A DNA stretch of 50,201 nucleotides from a virus (lineage: Duplodnaviria > Caudoviricetes): positions 1 through 50,201 of IMG/VR virus record IMGVR_UViG_3300025875_000618, one strand, 5' to 3'. Below are positions 41,033-50,126 of the stretch, piece after piece. The stretch's first letter is position 1. Every line of letters begins with the position of its first letter. The notes below the pieces were generated by a model that was not told the origin of the DNA, did no database searches, and worked only from the letters and a program-made list of their open reading frames with translations. The translations under genes and the position numbers were made by a program.

Positions 41033-41217
41033 TACCGCTCCACCGCCAGCAGCTCCACCGGGGTGCCCACGTGCCCGGGGTCCACGGTGAGGAGGGCGCC
41101 TCCGGTCAGCCGGGTGGTGTGGCCGGCGGGGACCAGGGTGCGCACGCCGCACGCGCAGGACCGGACGCCGGGCCCGTCCGGGACGGGGTGCGCGCCGTCG
41201 CGCCCGCAGGACCTCAC
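41032..41217 (-). CDS. Small hypothetical protein
   Basis: GTGA-coupled; duplicated VRSC. Confidence 0.5.
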   Translation of the reverse strand: MRSCGRDGAHPVPDGPGVRSCACGVRTLVPAGHTTRLTGGALLTVDPGHVGTPVELLAVER

Positions 41218-41726
41218 CGGGCGCGCGCCTGACCGGAGGGCCCGGACGGGCCGCGGCGCGGCATCCCCGGTGGCCGGCTGGTGCCAGCCGGGCCGCGCGG
41301 GGGGGCGGAGGGCTCCCGGGTCTGCACCGGCAGGACGTGCGGGGAGCCGGTGGACCAGTCCCCGCCGCGCAGCCAGTCCACGTGCACCGGCACGTAGCCG
41401 GAGCCCCGCGGCCGGTACACGTGGCGGGAGCCGCAGCGGCACGCCAGGTACTGGGTGCCGTGGTCCCGCCGGACCACCCGGTGCCAGTGCAGGTGCGGCC
41501 GGCGCGGGGCCTGCCGGAAGCCCACGCAGGCCAGCCCGTCACAGAGCAGGCACTGCGCCACGTCCCGGCCGGGCAGCGTGTGGTGCTGGTCCCCGCGGTG
41601 CCGGCACATGCACCGCGGGGTGGAGCCGCGGTCCGCCACCCGCGGCGCGCTGCCGATGACCGGGGCCGCCAGCAGCGCGGCCAGCACCCAGCCGCCGCCA
41701 CCCACCACCCACCACCAGCCGGTCAC
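41214..41726 (-). CDS. Membrane-anchored Cys/His-rich protein
   Basis: TM then CMC.H...H...C..C...C..F and H.H...CRCG. Confidence 0.65.
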   Translation of the reverse strand: MTGWWWVVGGGGWVLAALLAAPVIGSAPRVADRGSTPRCMCRHRGDQHHTLPGRDVAQCLLCDGLACVGFRQAPRRPHLHWHRVVRRDHGTQYLACRCGSRHVYRPRGSGYVPVHVDWLRGGDWSTGSPHVLPVQTREPSAPPRGPAGTSRPPGMPRRGPSGPSGQARAR

Positions 41727-41983
41727 GGGTGCGGCCCGGTGTGCAGGGGCAGCGCCTCCAGGGTGGCGCAGTCCATGCGGGCCACCGTGTACGGGGCGCT
41801 CTCGTACAGGGCGGCCGGCAGCGGCCGCGGCGCGGACCAGCTGTCCATCAGCTTCCGCGCCGCCGCCTCCCCGCCGACCAGGCGCCGGTGGCCGTGGATC
41901 AGCTCCCACCACTGGCCGGTGTCCCCGCAGACCAGCAGCGTGTGCCGCTCCGGTCCGCCCATCAGCTCCGCCAGGCTGCTCAC
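41723..41983 (-). CDS. Hypothetical protein
   Basis: GTGA-coupled. Confidence 0.6.
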   Translation of the reverse strand: MSSLAELMGGPERHTLLVCGDTGQWWELIHGHRRLVGGEAAARKLMDSWSAPRPLPAALYESAPYTVARMDCATLEALPLHTGPHP

Positions 41984-42162
41984 CAGTGCATCCCCTCGTC
42001 GTCCGCGTCGTCCAGGCAGCCGGCGTGGACCCGCTGCCCCAGCTCTGTCAGCTCCGGCTCCTGGCCGTCCAGCTCCAGGTACTCCCGGCACCAGGCGCAC
42101 AGCGCCCGCCGGTGCAGCCGCCACGCCTGGACGGTGGCCCAGGCGTGGCGCAGCCACCTCAC
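41980..42162 (-). CDS. Small Zn-binding protein
   Basis: CAWC...HAGC; GTGA-coupled. Confidence 0.6.
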   Translation of the reverse strand: MRWLRHAWATVQAWRLHRRALCAWCREYLELDGQEPELTELGQRVHAGCLDDADDEGMHW

Positions 42163-42350
42163 CGGCGCGGGCCCAGCAGGCAGCCGGGCCCGTACGTGTG
42201 CATGGACCCGCAGCGGGCCAGGCACTGGGAGCCGCGGACCCAGCCGCGCACGGTGCGGTAGGACAGGCCGGGCCAGTCCACGCCGCGGAGGTGGACCAGC
42301 GCCCAGGTGCCGGAGCGCAGCCGGCGCACGCGGGGCAGGTGAGCGGTCAC
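42159..42350 (-). CDS. Small hypothetical protein
   Basis: CARC-type motif; GTGA-coupled. Confidence 0.55.
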   Translation of the reverse strand: MTAHLPRVRRLRSGTWALVHLRGVDWPGLSYRTVRGWVRGSQCLARCGSMHTYGPGCLLGPRR

Positions 42351-42496
42351 CGGGTCACCAGCCAGTGCACCAGCAGGACCAGGGCCACCAGCACCAGGAG
42401 GCCCATGCCGGCCAGGAACACGGAGGAGCCCTGGTCAGTGTCCGGCTCCCCGTCCACCAGGTCCGCGGGGGTGGGCAGGTCCTCCGGTTCGCTCAC
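42347..42496 (-). CDS. Small membrane protein
   Basis: Acidic N-terminus plus TM; GTGA-coupled. Confidence 0.55.
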   Translation of the reverse strand: MSEPEDLPTPADLVDGEPDTDQGSSVFLAGMGLLVLVALVLLVHWLVTR

Positions 42497-42801
42497 CACA
42501 GCGGGGTCACCCCCGCCCGGTGCGCGGCAGCCCACTCCACCAGGCTGGCGCGGGCCTCCAGCCCGGTGTCCGCGGCCGGGACGCCGGCGGCGGCGCGCTC
42601 CAGGTGCAGGGCCACGTGATCCCGCAGCCACTGCTCCCGCTCCGGGTCCGCGGCCAGGTAGCGGACCAGGGCGCGGCGGCGCTCCTCCACCGTCAGGTCC
42701 TGGGTGGGCACCCGCCGGATGCTGGCCAGCGCCGCGGTCGGGCCGGTGACCACCTCCGGCTGGATGGGGACGTGCGGCACCTGGCCGCCGGCCACGCTCA
42801 C
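42493..42801 (-). CDS. Hypothetical protein
   Basis: GTGA-coupled. Confidence 0.6.
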   Translation of the reverse strand: MSVAGGQVPHVPIQPEVVTGPTAALASIRRVPTQDLTVEERRRALVRYLAADPEREQWLRDHVALHLERAAAGVPAADTGLEARASLVEWAAAHRAGVTPLW

Positions 42802-43238
42802 CGCCGCACCGCGCGCAGGTGCCGGGCGGTGCGGCGCTGGTGCTCCGCCAGCAGGGCGTGGGTCCACTCCGCCAGCTCCACGTCCGTGAGGTAGCGCAGC
42901 GGTGGGGCGGTGTACCCCACCTCCCCCTCCGCGGTGCGGACCGGCAGGTGCCCCTCCGGGCGGGTGTCCTCCCGGTGGGCGGCCCGGCCCACCGGGGAGT
43001 CCGGGTGCGGGGCGTGCTCCGCGGCGCGCTCCCTCAGGTGCGGGCCGGGCGGCTCCGGCGGGGCGGGGACGGTGCCCGGCGGGGCGGGGTACGGGGTCCA
43101 CTCCGGGCTGGCGGTCAGCGTGACCGCGGTGAGGGTGGGCAGGGTCGGCAGGCTGGTGACGTCACGCACGGGGTGGGTCCGTTCTGCTACGGGCGGGCAG
43201 TACCGGAACAGCGCCGGTACTGCACCCACGGTGTACAC
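42798..43238 (-). CDS. Hypothetical protein (start uncertain)
   Basis: Stop coupled to next gene; degenerate box at 43220-43236. Confidence 0.55.
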   Translation of the reverse strand: MYTVGAVPALFRYCPPVAERTHPVRDVTSLPTLPTLTAVTLTASPEWTPYPAPPGTVPAPPEPPGPHLRERAAEHAPHPDSPVGRAAHREDTRPEGHLPVRTAEGEVGYTAPPLRYLTDVELAEWTHALLAEHQRRTARHLRAVRR

Positions 43239-43313
43239 GGTGTGTGCTTGATCGCATCCCCAGCGGGGATGGTGGTGCCCACGTTGACCAGGAGGCGGCT
43301 GTGTGCCGGCTGG

Positions 43314-43520
43314 TCAGAAGGCGGCGGACCAGGCGGCGTAGACCGCTGGGGGCGCGCAGGCCAGCGCGGTCAGGGCCAGCACGGACAGCCCGAAGCGGAG
43401 GGCCTGCCAGGTGCCGGCCCGGTGCTCCGCCTCCTCAGCCGCGGCGGCGTCCCGGCGCAGTGGTGCCTGCTGCGCCGCGTCCCGTAGTTGCGTGACCTTG
43501 CTCATGGCGTCCCCCGTCAT
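43314..43520 (-). CDS. Small membrane protein downstream of terminase
   Basis: ATGA overlap with terL; C-terminal TM. Confidence 0.6.
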   Translation of the reverse strand: MTGDAMSKVTQLRDAAQQAPLRRDAAAAEEAEHRAGTWQALRFGLSVLALTALACAPPAVYAAWSAAF

Positions 43521-45094
43521 CGTCCGATCCCTGGGCGGCGGACTCCTCCGCCGCCGCCCCCACCTACGCGCAGCCCAGTGGCTGAGCCGATCACTGCCTG
43601 ACCCACCAGGGGGGACACCACCAGGTGCAGCACCGCCTGGGTCAGCATGTCCACCGCGTCGTCGTGCGCCCCGTTGGGGAAGGCGGCGGCCTCCACCACC
43701 AGCTCCTCCACGTTGGGCAGCAGCTCCGGGTCCGGCAGGTGGACGTTCTTGGAGGCCACCAGCGGCGCCGCGGCGTTGGCCCGCGCGATCTTGCCGCCCT
43801 CCGGCTCCACCGGGTGCAGGCCGGCCACGCTCTTGCGGAGCATGTCCATGACGGCCGTGCCGTTGGCCTTGTCCTCCACCAGCTTGAGCGTCGCCTGCGG
43901 CCACCGGGCGGTGAGCGCGCGCACCGCGTCCAGGGTGTCGGTGAAGCTCATGCGGCGGCGCACCATGTCCAGCAGGTACAGGTCCACGCCCCGTTTCAGC
44001 CAGACCCCGCCCACCACGTAGTCCGCCTGGTCGTGGCTCTTGAACGCCATGTCCCAGGACTGGGCCAGCTGGTCCCCGGGGGCGGGCGGCACCCAGCGGG
44101 AGCCGTCCGCGCGCTCCACCCACAGGGGCGCGGAGTAGCGGGCCCAGGAGGCGCGCTTGAACAGGTCACCCTCAGCGGGGGACGGGTGCCCCTGGTACAG
44201 GGCGGTCCAGGTGTGCGCGGACCGGGCCTTGCGCTCCTCCCACTGGGCGGTGGTGCGGCCGCGGGCGCTCTCCAGGTACTCCCCGGGCTCCCGGCCCAGC
44301 GGGTCCGTCTCTCCCAGCTCCGGGCGGTGGTCCGCCTGCGCGGGGATGTTGAGGACCTGCCACTGCGGGCCCTCCGCGGACGCCAGCAGCCGGCCGGCCA
44401 GGTCGTCCTCATGCCAGCGGGTGAGGATCAGCACCACGGGCGCGCCGGGGGCCAGACGGGTGGAGGCCACGTCCGTCCACCAGTCCCACACCGCCTCCCG
44501 GTAGGTGAGGGAGTCCGCCTGCTTGCGGTCCTTGATCGGGTCGTCGATGACCAGCAGGTCCACCGGGCGGCCGGTCAGGGCGCCACCGATGCCGGTGGTG
44601 TACATGCCGCCCTCATGGCCGGCCAGCTGCCACTCATGCTGGGCGGAGACGTCCGGGCGGACGGACAGGCCCAGCTCCCCGGAGTGCTGGCCGATGTCGT
44701 CCCGGATGACGCGGCCCCAGCGGCGGGCCACCCGGTCCTCGTAGGAGGCCAGGGCCACGCGCAGCTCAGGGTTCTGCAGCAGCGCCCAGAGGGGGAAGGC
44801 GCGGGAGGCGCGCTGGGACTTCCCCTCCTGCGGGGGCATGGAGATGATGAGCTTGCCGTCCGGGGTGTCCAGCAGCTCCACCAGCGCGGCGTCGATTGCC
44901 TCCAGGGCGGGGGTCTGCACCACCTTGGGGTTGAGCGTCTGGGCGAGAGCTCCAGGTGTGCGCCAGCGGTCCCGGGGGCGGTCCCGGTTGGCGCGGTCAC
45001 TGATCGCGAACAGGGCGCGCGCCTCCGCCTCCAGCTCCTCCAGGGTCATGGAGGCTGGGTCTGCCAGGCCGGGGAGGACCGCGCCCGCGGTCAC
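43517..45094 (-). CDS. terL: Terminase large subunit
   Basis: Walker A MPPQEGKS, Walker B LLVIDD, TRWHEDDL, ALYQG, nuclease SWD, EDKANG, FPNGAHDDAVD. Confidence 0.95.
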   Translation of the reverse strand: MTAGAVLPGLADPASMTLEELEAEARALFAISDRANRDRPRDRWRTPGALAQTLNPKVVQTPALEAIDAALVELLDTPDGKLIISMPPQEGKSQRASRAFPLWALLQNPELRVALASYEDRVARRWGRVIRDDIGQHSGELGLSVRPDVSAQHEWQLAGHEGGMYTTGIGGALTGRPVDLLVIDDPIKDRKQADSLTYREAVWDWWTDVASTRLAPGAPVVLILTRWHEDDLAGRLLASAEGPQWQVLNIPAQADHRPELGETDPLGREPGEYLESARGRTTAQWEERKARSAHTWTALYQGHPSPAEGDLFKRASWARYSAPLWVERADGSRWVPPAPGDQLAQSWDMAFKSHDQADYVVGGVWLKRGVDLYLLDMVRRRMSFTDTLDAVRALTARWPQATLKLVEDKANGTAVMDMLRKSVAGLHPVEPEGGKIARANAAAPLVASKNVHLPDPELLPNVEELVVEAAAFPNGAHDDAVDMLTQAVLHLVVSPLVGQAVIGSATGLRVGGGGGGGVRRPGIGR

Positions 45095-45303
45095 GGGGTG
45101 GGGTCCTGCTCTGCGCGGGAGCGGCTGCAGGCCGGGCACAGGTCCCGGCCGTGGTGCTGGGTCCAGCCGGCCAGGCGGGCGGCGTGCTGCGCGCCGGCGG
45201 GCAGGGTCTCCGTGGTGGGCAGGGCGGCGCGGCACCGCTCCAGGGACACGGTGGGGCGGTCCGCGCGGGTGCCCTCGCACTGGACCAGCAGGCGCACGGT
45301 CAC
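45091..45303 (-). CDS. Small phage Zn-finger protein
   Basis: CEG...C...AAR.AGW...DLCPAC. Confidence 0.7.
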   Translation of the reverse strand: MTVRLLVQCEGTRADRPTVSLERCRAALPTTETLPAGAQHAARLAGWTQHHGRDLCPACSRSRAEQDPTP

Positions 45304-45446
45304 GGGTTCAGCTCCTGTCCGGCGGAGCCGCAGCGGGTGCAGTAGTAGTGCGTCCCGGTCCAGGCCGGCCGGTGGTCACGGAGGCGGCAGAGGAGCGTGG
45401 CCAGGGGGTACCGCGGGTCCCAGCGGACCCGGTACGGGGCCCTCAC
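45300..45446 (-). CDS. Small Zn-binding protein
   Basis: LLC...H...CTRCG. Confidence 0.55.
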   Translation of the reverse strand: MRAPYRVRWDPRYPLATLLCRLRDHRPAWTGTHYYCTRCGSAGQELNP

Positions 45447-45733
45447 CGGTGGCCCCGGGCCTTGCGGCGGGTGGTGGTGCGCAGCCGGTGCCGGTCCCAC
45501 GCCCAGCGGGGGCCCATGAGCAGCCGGCGCAGCTGGCGGGACGGGTGGAAAGCCACGGTGACGGTGGTGGAGGCGGGGAGCTGGTGGCGGGCCACGTAGT
45601 CCTCCGCGGCGTCCTCCAGGTACGCCGGGGTGAAGGTGACGGTGGCCGCCCCCAGCAGCGGGCCGGTGTCCTCCCACCGGTCACCGGTCCAGCGGTGGAC
45701 GCGCATGGTGGTGGCGCGCACGGGTGCGGTCAC
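45443..45733 (-). CDS. Hypothetical protein
   Basis: GAGGAG RBS. Confidence 0.6.
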   Translation of the reverse strand: MTAPVRATTMRVHRWTGDRWEDTGPLLGAATVTFTPAYLEDAAEDYVARHQLPASTTVTVAFHPSRQLRRLLMGPRWAWDRHRLRTTTRRKARGHR

Positions 45734-45857
45734 GGGGTGCTCCTCTGAGCGTCGGGGCTCTTGGTCAGGGCGTGGGCGCAGCGGCAGCGCCTGCAGCGGC
45801 CGCGCGGGGAGTGGGTGTGCCAGCACGCCCAGCAGTACGGGCCGGTGGGTGCCGCGG

Positions 45858-46076
45858 TCACCGGGGGTCCCCGCAGTCCAGCTGGCAGGCCGGGTCACCG
45901 CAGTGGCCGGCCTCGCACCCGGGGGAGTCCACGGCCGCGGCGGGCTCACCGTGGCCCTGCAGGGCGCGGGCCAGCTCCGCGGTGTCCTCCGGCGCCCAGA
46001 CCACGGCCATGCGCCGACCAGACCCGTCCCTCATGCGGACGCCGCGGAGGGGGCGGACCGTGCCGTGGTCAGCCAC
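45858..46076 (-). CDS. Small hypothetical protein
   Basis: GAGGA RBS; C-terminal Cys cluster. Confidence 0.55.
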   Translation of the reverse strand: MADHGTVRPLRGVRMRDGSGRRMAVVWAPEDTAELARALQGHGEPAAAVDSPGCEAGHCGDPACQLDCGDPR

Positions 46077-46359
46077 AGTCGTCCTCGTCCGCCAGGCCGC
46101 TGGGGTGCGGCGTGCCGGTGAACCAGCAGAGCGGCGGCAGGTCCCGGTCCAGGGAGCGGCCGCACACCAGGCAGGCCACGCGCCGCCAGCCGCGGTGGAT
46201 GATCTCGTCCCCGTGGACGCAGCGGACCTCCGGGTGCTGGCACACCCCGGGCAGCCACCGCTGAGCCCAGGTGCCGTGGGGGTGCTGGGTGCGGGCCTCC
46301 GTGTGCCGGTCCCAGAGGGCCTGCCAGGCGGCGCGCTGCTCCGGGGTCAGGTCACCCAC
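46069..46359 (-). CDS. Cys/His-rich hypothetical protein
   Basis: C.H...RCVHGDEI...CLVCG. Confidence 0.7.
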   Translation of the reverse strand: MGDLTPEQRAAWQALWDRHTEARTQHPHGTWAQRWLPGVCQHPEVRCVHGDEIIHRGWRRVACLVCGRSLDRDLPPLCWFTGTPHPSGLADEDDCG

Positions 46360-46987
46360 GGCGCACCGGGTACCAGGTGGTGACGTCCTGGAGGGCCTGC
46401 GCCCAGCTGGTGAAGCGGACGGCGCGGTCGTCCACCAGGGCCACCGCGGGCTCCTTGCGGTTGGTCACGCGGTAGGCGGGCCAGCCCCAGGCCAGCAGGG
46501 CGGCGCTGATCTGCGCGGCGTTGCGGGTGGAGAAGATGACCACCTCGTACCCGGCGGTGGTCAGCTGCTCCAGGGCGTGCTGCGCGCCGGGCATGGGGCC
46601 GCCGTACACGGAGCCGTCCCCCCACCCGTGCTGGTAGGTGTGGAGCACGCCGTCGAAGTCCACCAGGAGCTTGGGTCGGCGGGGGCCGGGCGGCTGGGTG
46701 TTGTCGGCCAGGCCCTGCTGGGCGGCGGACAGGGCGGTCTGGGCGTCGGCCACCGCCTGGGCGTACTGCACGGCGGCGGTCTGCTGCTCCTGCTGGGCCA
46801 GGGTGAGCGCGCGCTGCGCCTCGTCCACGGCGGCCTGCTCGCGGGACGCGGTGCGGGCGGGGGTGGCCGTGTGGCAGGGGCAGGTGCAGTGGGCCACGCC
46901 GCGGACGCCGGGGCCCAGGTTCACCAGGCCGCTGCACTGCTGGTGCTCGCTGGCGGTGCACAGGTGGCTGATGCGGTGCTCAGGCAT
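46352..46987 (-). CDS. HAD-superfamily phosphatase-like protein with N-terminal Cys/His motif and coiled coil
   Basis: VDFDGVLH (motif I), IFSTR (II), NRKEP (III), VDDRA (IV). Confidence 0.85.
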   Translation of the reverse strand: MPEHRISHLCTASEHQQCSGLVNLGPGVRGVAHCTCPCHTATPARTASREQAAVDEAQRALTLAQQEQQTAAVQYAQAVADAQTALSAAQQGLADNTQPPGPRRPKLLVDFDGVLHTYQHGWGDGSVYGGPMPGAQHALEQLTTAGYEVVIFSTRNAAQISAALLAWGWPAYRVTNRKEPAVALVDDRAVRFTSWAQALQDVTTWYPVRRG

Positions 46988-47300
46988 GGGGGTCTCCGGG
47001 CGGTGAGGGGTGGGCATCCGTACTGGCCAGTAACACTGGGCCGGTGGGCTGGTCGTCCACGGCGGCGTCGGCCTGAGCTGCGTGCATCCGGGCGCGCCAC
47101 TCCGCCCGGGACATGCTGGTCACGGCGGTGGCGCCGCGGCCGGCGGTGGAGGAGTCCCCGTGGACGGTGACCGCGGGCTGCGGGCCGGTGGCCGGCACCG
47201 GTGGGCGGGCGGCGATGCGCCGCACCGGGGTGTCCACCTGCGGCTCTCCCAGCTCAGCCACCAGGGAGTCCCAGACGGGGCCGGGGCTGCCGGCGGTCAC
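46980..47300 (-). CDS. Hypothetical protein
   Basis: GTGA-coupled. Confidence 0.5.
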   Translation of the reverse strand: MTAGSPGPVWDSLVAELGEPQVDTPVRRIAARPPVPATGPQPAVTVHGDSSTAGRGATAVTSMSRAEWRARMHAAQADAAVDDQPTGPVLLASTDAHPSPPGDPHA

Positions 47301-47551
47301 CACCGGACGTCCTGGCGGGGCTCCGGCTGGCAGTGGCCCAGGCGGCGGGTGACGTGCCGGTGCCACAGCCAGCGGGTCTCCGCCTGCCAGCGGGGCGTCC
47401 GGCGGCGCGGGCCGGTGCTGTACCCGCACACGCGGCAGGTGACCTCCAGGCCCGGGGTGGTGGCCTCCAGCCACAGGACCACGGCCGCGGTGCCGGTGGG
47501 GACGGTGAGCACGCCGGCCAGGAAGCAGAGGGCGCGGGCGCGGCGGGTCAC
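47297..47551 (-). CDS. Membrane-anchored Zn-binding protein
   Basis: TM then CRVCG...H. Confidence 0.55.
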   Translation of the reverse strand: MTRRARALCFLAGVLTVPTGTAAVVLWLEATTPGLEVTCRVCGYSTGPRRRTPRWQAETRWLWHRHVTRRLGHCQPEPRQDVRW

Positions 47552-47811
47552 CGGCCACCGCCGTGGCGCCGCTGCCCGCGGGTGAACTGGGCGTCCCAGC
47601 GGGGCTGCAGGGACGTGCCGTGGACGGTGAGCCCGTGGGCGTCCTCCCGGACCTGGACCTGCGCCACGGGCTGGGGCTGCAGGGTGGCGGTCCAGCGGCG
47701 CTCCGTCTCGCTCCACCGCCACAGGTGGTCCTCCTGGCCGGTGCAGCGGGACAGGGTGTGGTGGCCGCGCCGGCACAGGAGCTGGGCCAGGGGGCCCCGC
47801 CGGCGGCTCAC
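47548..47811 (-). CDS. Hypothetical protein
   Basis: GTGA-coupled. Confidence 0.55.
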   Translation of the reverse strand: MSRRRGPLAQLLCRRGHHTLSRCTGQEDHLWRWSETERRWTATLQPQPVAQVQVREDAHGLTVHGTSLQPRWDAQFTRGQRRHGGGR

Positions 47812-48023
47812 GGGTAGCTCCGCACGCGGGGAGCGGGCGCGGCTACCGGCTCCGGCTCCGGGTCCACGCAGTGCCAGGACGTGGGCGCGTACGCGCGGAC
47901 CAGGCGCTGCGCGAACACGTCCCCGTTGACCAGCACCAGGGAGCCGCCGGCGTCCAGCCGGTAGTGGTCCGCGGTCACCACCTCTCCGGGGTCGCCGGGG
48001 GTGATGCGCACGCGCCACCTCAC
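47808..48023 (-). CDS. Small phage hypothetical protein
   Basis: VTADHY...G.L.L...VRAYAP..W. Confidence 0.65.
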   Translation of the reverse strand: MRWRVRITPGDPGEVVTADHYRLDAGGSLVLVNGDVFAQRLVRAYAPTSWHCVDPEPEPVAAPAPRVRSYP

Positions 48024-48916
48024 TGGCCACCGTCCCGCCGGTACGCGGCCGCCTCGCGCCGGAGCCGGGCGGCTGCCCGCGCGTGGGCCGCGGCCTCTGC
48101 CTCCCGGTCCTCCGCCTCCCGCTGCCACTCCGGCCGGGTGTCCTCCGGGGTGAGCGGGCTGCGGGTGAGCCGGGCCAGCTGCCGGATGGTGGACGGCAGC
48201 AGCGGCACCAGCACGCCGTGGGTGCCGTCCAGGACCGGCAGGTGTTCCGTCACGGCACGGACCAGGGAGTCCGCCACGTCCTCCGGGGTCCCCGCCCACA
48301 CGTTGCCCACCGCGCCCGCGCCGTTCTCCGCGGTCCAGCGGCCCCACACCCGGTGCACCTCCACGCCGGTCACCCCGGACATGCCGTGCCGCAGGGCCTC
48401 CGCCAGCACGGGGTGCAGCGGGTGCTCCCGCGCCTCCACGTCCGGCACCGTCTCCGTCTGCACCTGCTGGCCCACCTGGTCCCCGTCCTGGTCTGCCTGG
48501 GGCGGGCCCGCCACCAGGGTGATGCCACCGGCCGCCAGCACAGCGGCCTGCACGTCCACCGGCAGCTGCACCAGCGGCTGCTGGAAGATCGCGTCCCGCA
48601 CTAGCTGGGCCACGTGCCCGGACCAGGACTGGCCCAGCTGCAGCTGCCCGCACAGGCAGCCCGCCACGTTCCCCGCCGGGCCGCGCTCCGTCAGGTGGTG
48701 CGCCAGCACGCCCGCCAGCACCTGCCACAGGTGGGCCTCCCGGACGTCCGCCGGCACGCGGCCCGCGTACTCCGGCTCCGGGCGCGGGGCCACCGCCGCA
48801 CGCAGCTGGGAGACGATGCCGAAGGAGGAGGACGCCGGGGAGTACCCCAGCCGCTCCAGCACCCGGCGCAGCAGCGCCCGCTCCACCGCCACCTGACCCG
48901 TGCCCAGCGCGGTCAC
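48020..48916 (-). CDS. Hypothetical protein
   Basis: 298 aa, GTGA-coupled to terS; H...CLCG...HVA. Confidence 0.7.
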   Translation of the reverse strand: MTALGTGQVAVERALLRRVLERLGYSPASSSFGIVSQLRAAVAPRPEPEYAGRVPADVREAHLWQVLAGVLAHHLTERGPAGNVAGCLCGQLQLGQSWSGHVAQLVRDAIFQQPLVQLPVDVQAAVLAAGGITLVAGPPQADQDGDQVGQQVQTETVPDVEAREHPLHPVLAEALRHGMSGVTGVEVHRVWGRWTAENGAGAVGNVWAGTPEDVADSLVRAVTEHLPVLDGTHGVLVPLLPSTIRQLARLTRSPLTPEDTRPEWQREAEDREAEAAAHARAAARLRREAAAYRRDGGQ

Positions 48917-49458
48917 AGGGCACCAGCCAGCGGCACGGCGTCCGGGTCACCCTGCGCGCGCCGCGCAATCTCCGCGGCCAGCGCACGCAGCCGGTCCCGC
49001 TGCTGCTCCGTGGACAGAGCCTCCAGCTGCACCGGGCCACCGTCCGGGCCGGACACCTCCGTGCGGTCCGCCTGCCCCAGCGCCTGCCGCTGCACCTTCG
49101 TCGTGATCTCCAGCCAGTACCCCAGGTCCCGCGGGGTCAGCTGGGACACGTCCAGGTCCGCCAGCCGGTTGACCAGCTGCCCCTGCATCGCGTTGGCGAT
49201 GCGGAGCTGCCGGCGCCCGACCTCCCGGCGGTGGCCCTGCTGCTGCGCACGCCAGATGCGGTCCTGCTCCTCGTCCCACGTGCCCACGCGCTGCACCCAG
49301 GAGTCCTGCGCGGACCAGCGTTCGATCAGGGTGGTGGACTTGCCCAACGCCTGCGCCACCTTGGCCAGACTCCGGTCAGGGCCCATGTCCCGGTAGCGGA
49401 CGAAGGCGGCGAACCGCTTCGCTCCCTCGCCTACCAGGCGCTCCCACGGCTCTGCCAC
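48913..49458 (-). CDS. terS: Putative terminase small subunit
   Basis: PWER..GE..K.F.AF..YRDMG..RSL...HTH...WV.RV..WD; C-terminal EVSGPDGGPVQ. Confidence 0.75.
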   Translation of the reverse strand: MAEPWERLVGEGAKRFAAFVRYRDMGPDRSLAKVAQALGKSTTLIERWSAQDSWVQRVGTWDEEQDRIWRAQQQGHRREVGRRQLRIANAMQGQLVNRLADLDVSQLTPRDLGYWLEITTKVQRQALGQADRTEVSGPDGGPVQLEALSTEQQRDRLRALAAEIARRAQGDPDAVPLAGAL

Positions 49459-49847
49459 TACTTCCCCCGCGTGTCTGGCCGGTTGTTCGGCGTCCTCACA
49501 GTGTTACGCACCGTGGCTGGGCGTGTGGGTTGGGTGGGGGTGGTGGGCGTGTCCTGCTGGGGGTGGGGTGCTACCGGCCGGTAGGCGGTGCACAGCTGGG
49601 CTGGTCCGGGGACCCTGTGCCGGTTGCGACGGCTGGGGAGGCTGCGTGGGCGTGGTGGTGGTTCCGCATGTGCTGTGGGAGCTGGGGGTGTGGCAGGGGG
49701 AGCCGCCGGTGGTGCCGGGGGAGGACCCGGGGGTGGACGTGGGGGAGCTGCGGCCGCTCACGCGGGAGGACCTGGTGGCGGCGCTGGAGGAGGTGGCGGC
49801 GGTGCTGCCGGACCCGGGGGGTGTGGTGGCCGCGGTGGGTGGGCGGC

Positions 49848-50126
49848 TCAGGTCCAGGGGGCGTCCGGTGCTCCGGGCTCCGGGGTGTCTGCTGGGTCTG
49901 TCCCGTGGCTGAGCCAGACCGTGCGGTGCAGCGCGTCGTAGTGCTCCGGGGAGTGGTGGCCCGCCGGGAGGTGGCAGCGCAGCAGGATGCCCGCGCCCGG
50001 CGGGTGGAGCAGGACCGTCTCCTGCTGGTGGCAGACCGGGCGCTGGCCCGGCGCTACGCCGGGGTGCTGGGTGTGGAGCCAGCTGGTGGGGTCGTCCAGG
50101 ACGAGGACGTGGGGGGTGTCCGGCAC
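49848..50126 (-). CDS. Hypothetical protein
   Basis: GGAG RBS; C...C.LPAGH...H motif. Confidence 0.6.
   Translation of the reverse strand: MPDTPHVLVLDDPTSWLHTQHPGVAPGQRPVCHQQETVLLHPPGAGILLRCHLPAGHHSPEHYDALHRTVWLSHGTDPADTPEPGAPDAPWT

Noticed and set aside
49460-49912. G/T-rich low-complexity stretch and short + strand ORF upstream of terS, considered as a pac site or gene
   Set aside because: No defined repeat or motif. The ORF overlaps a convergent gene and its start is unclear, so it cannot be supported.
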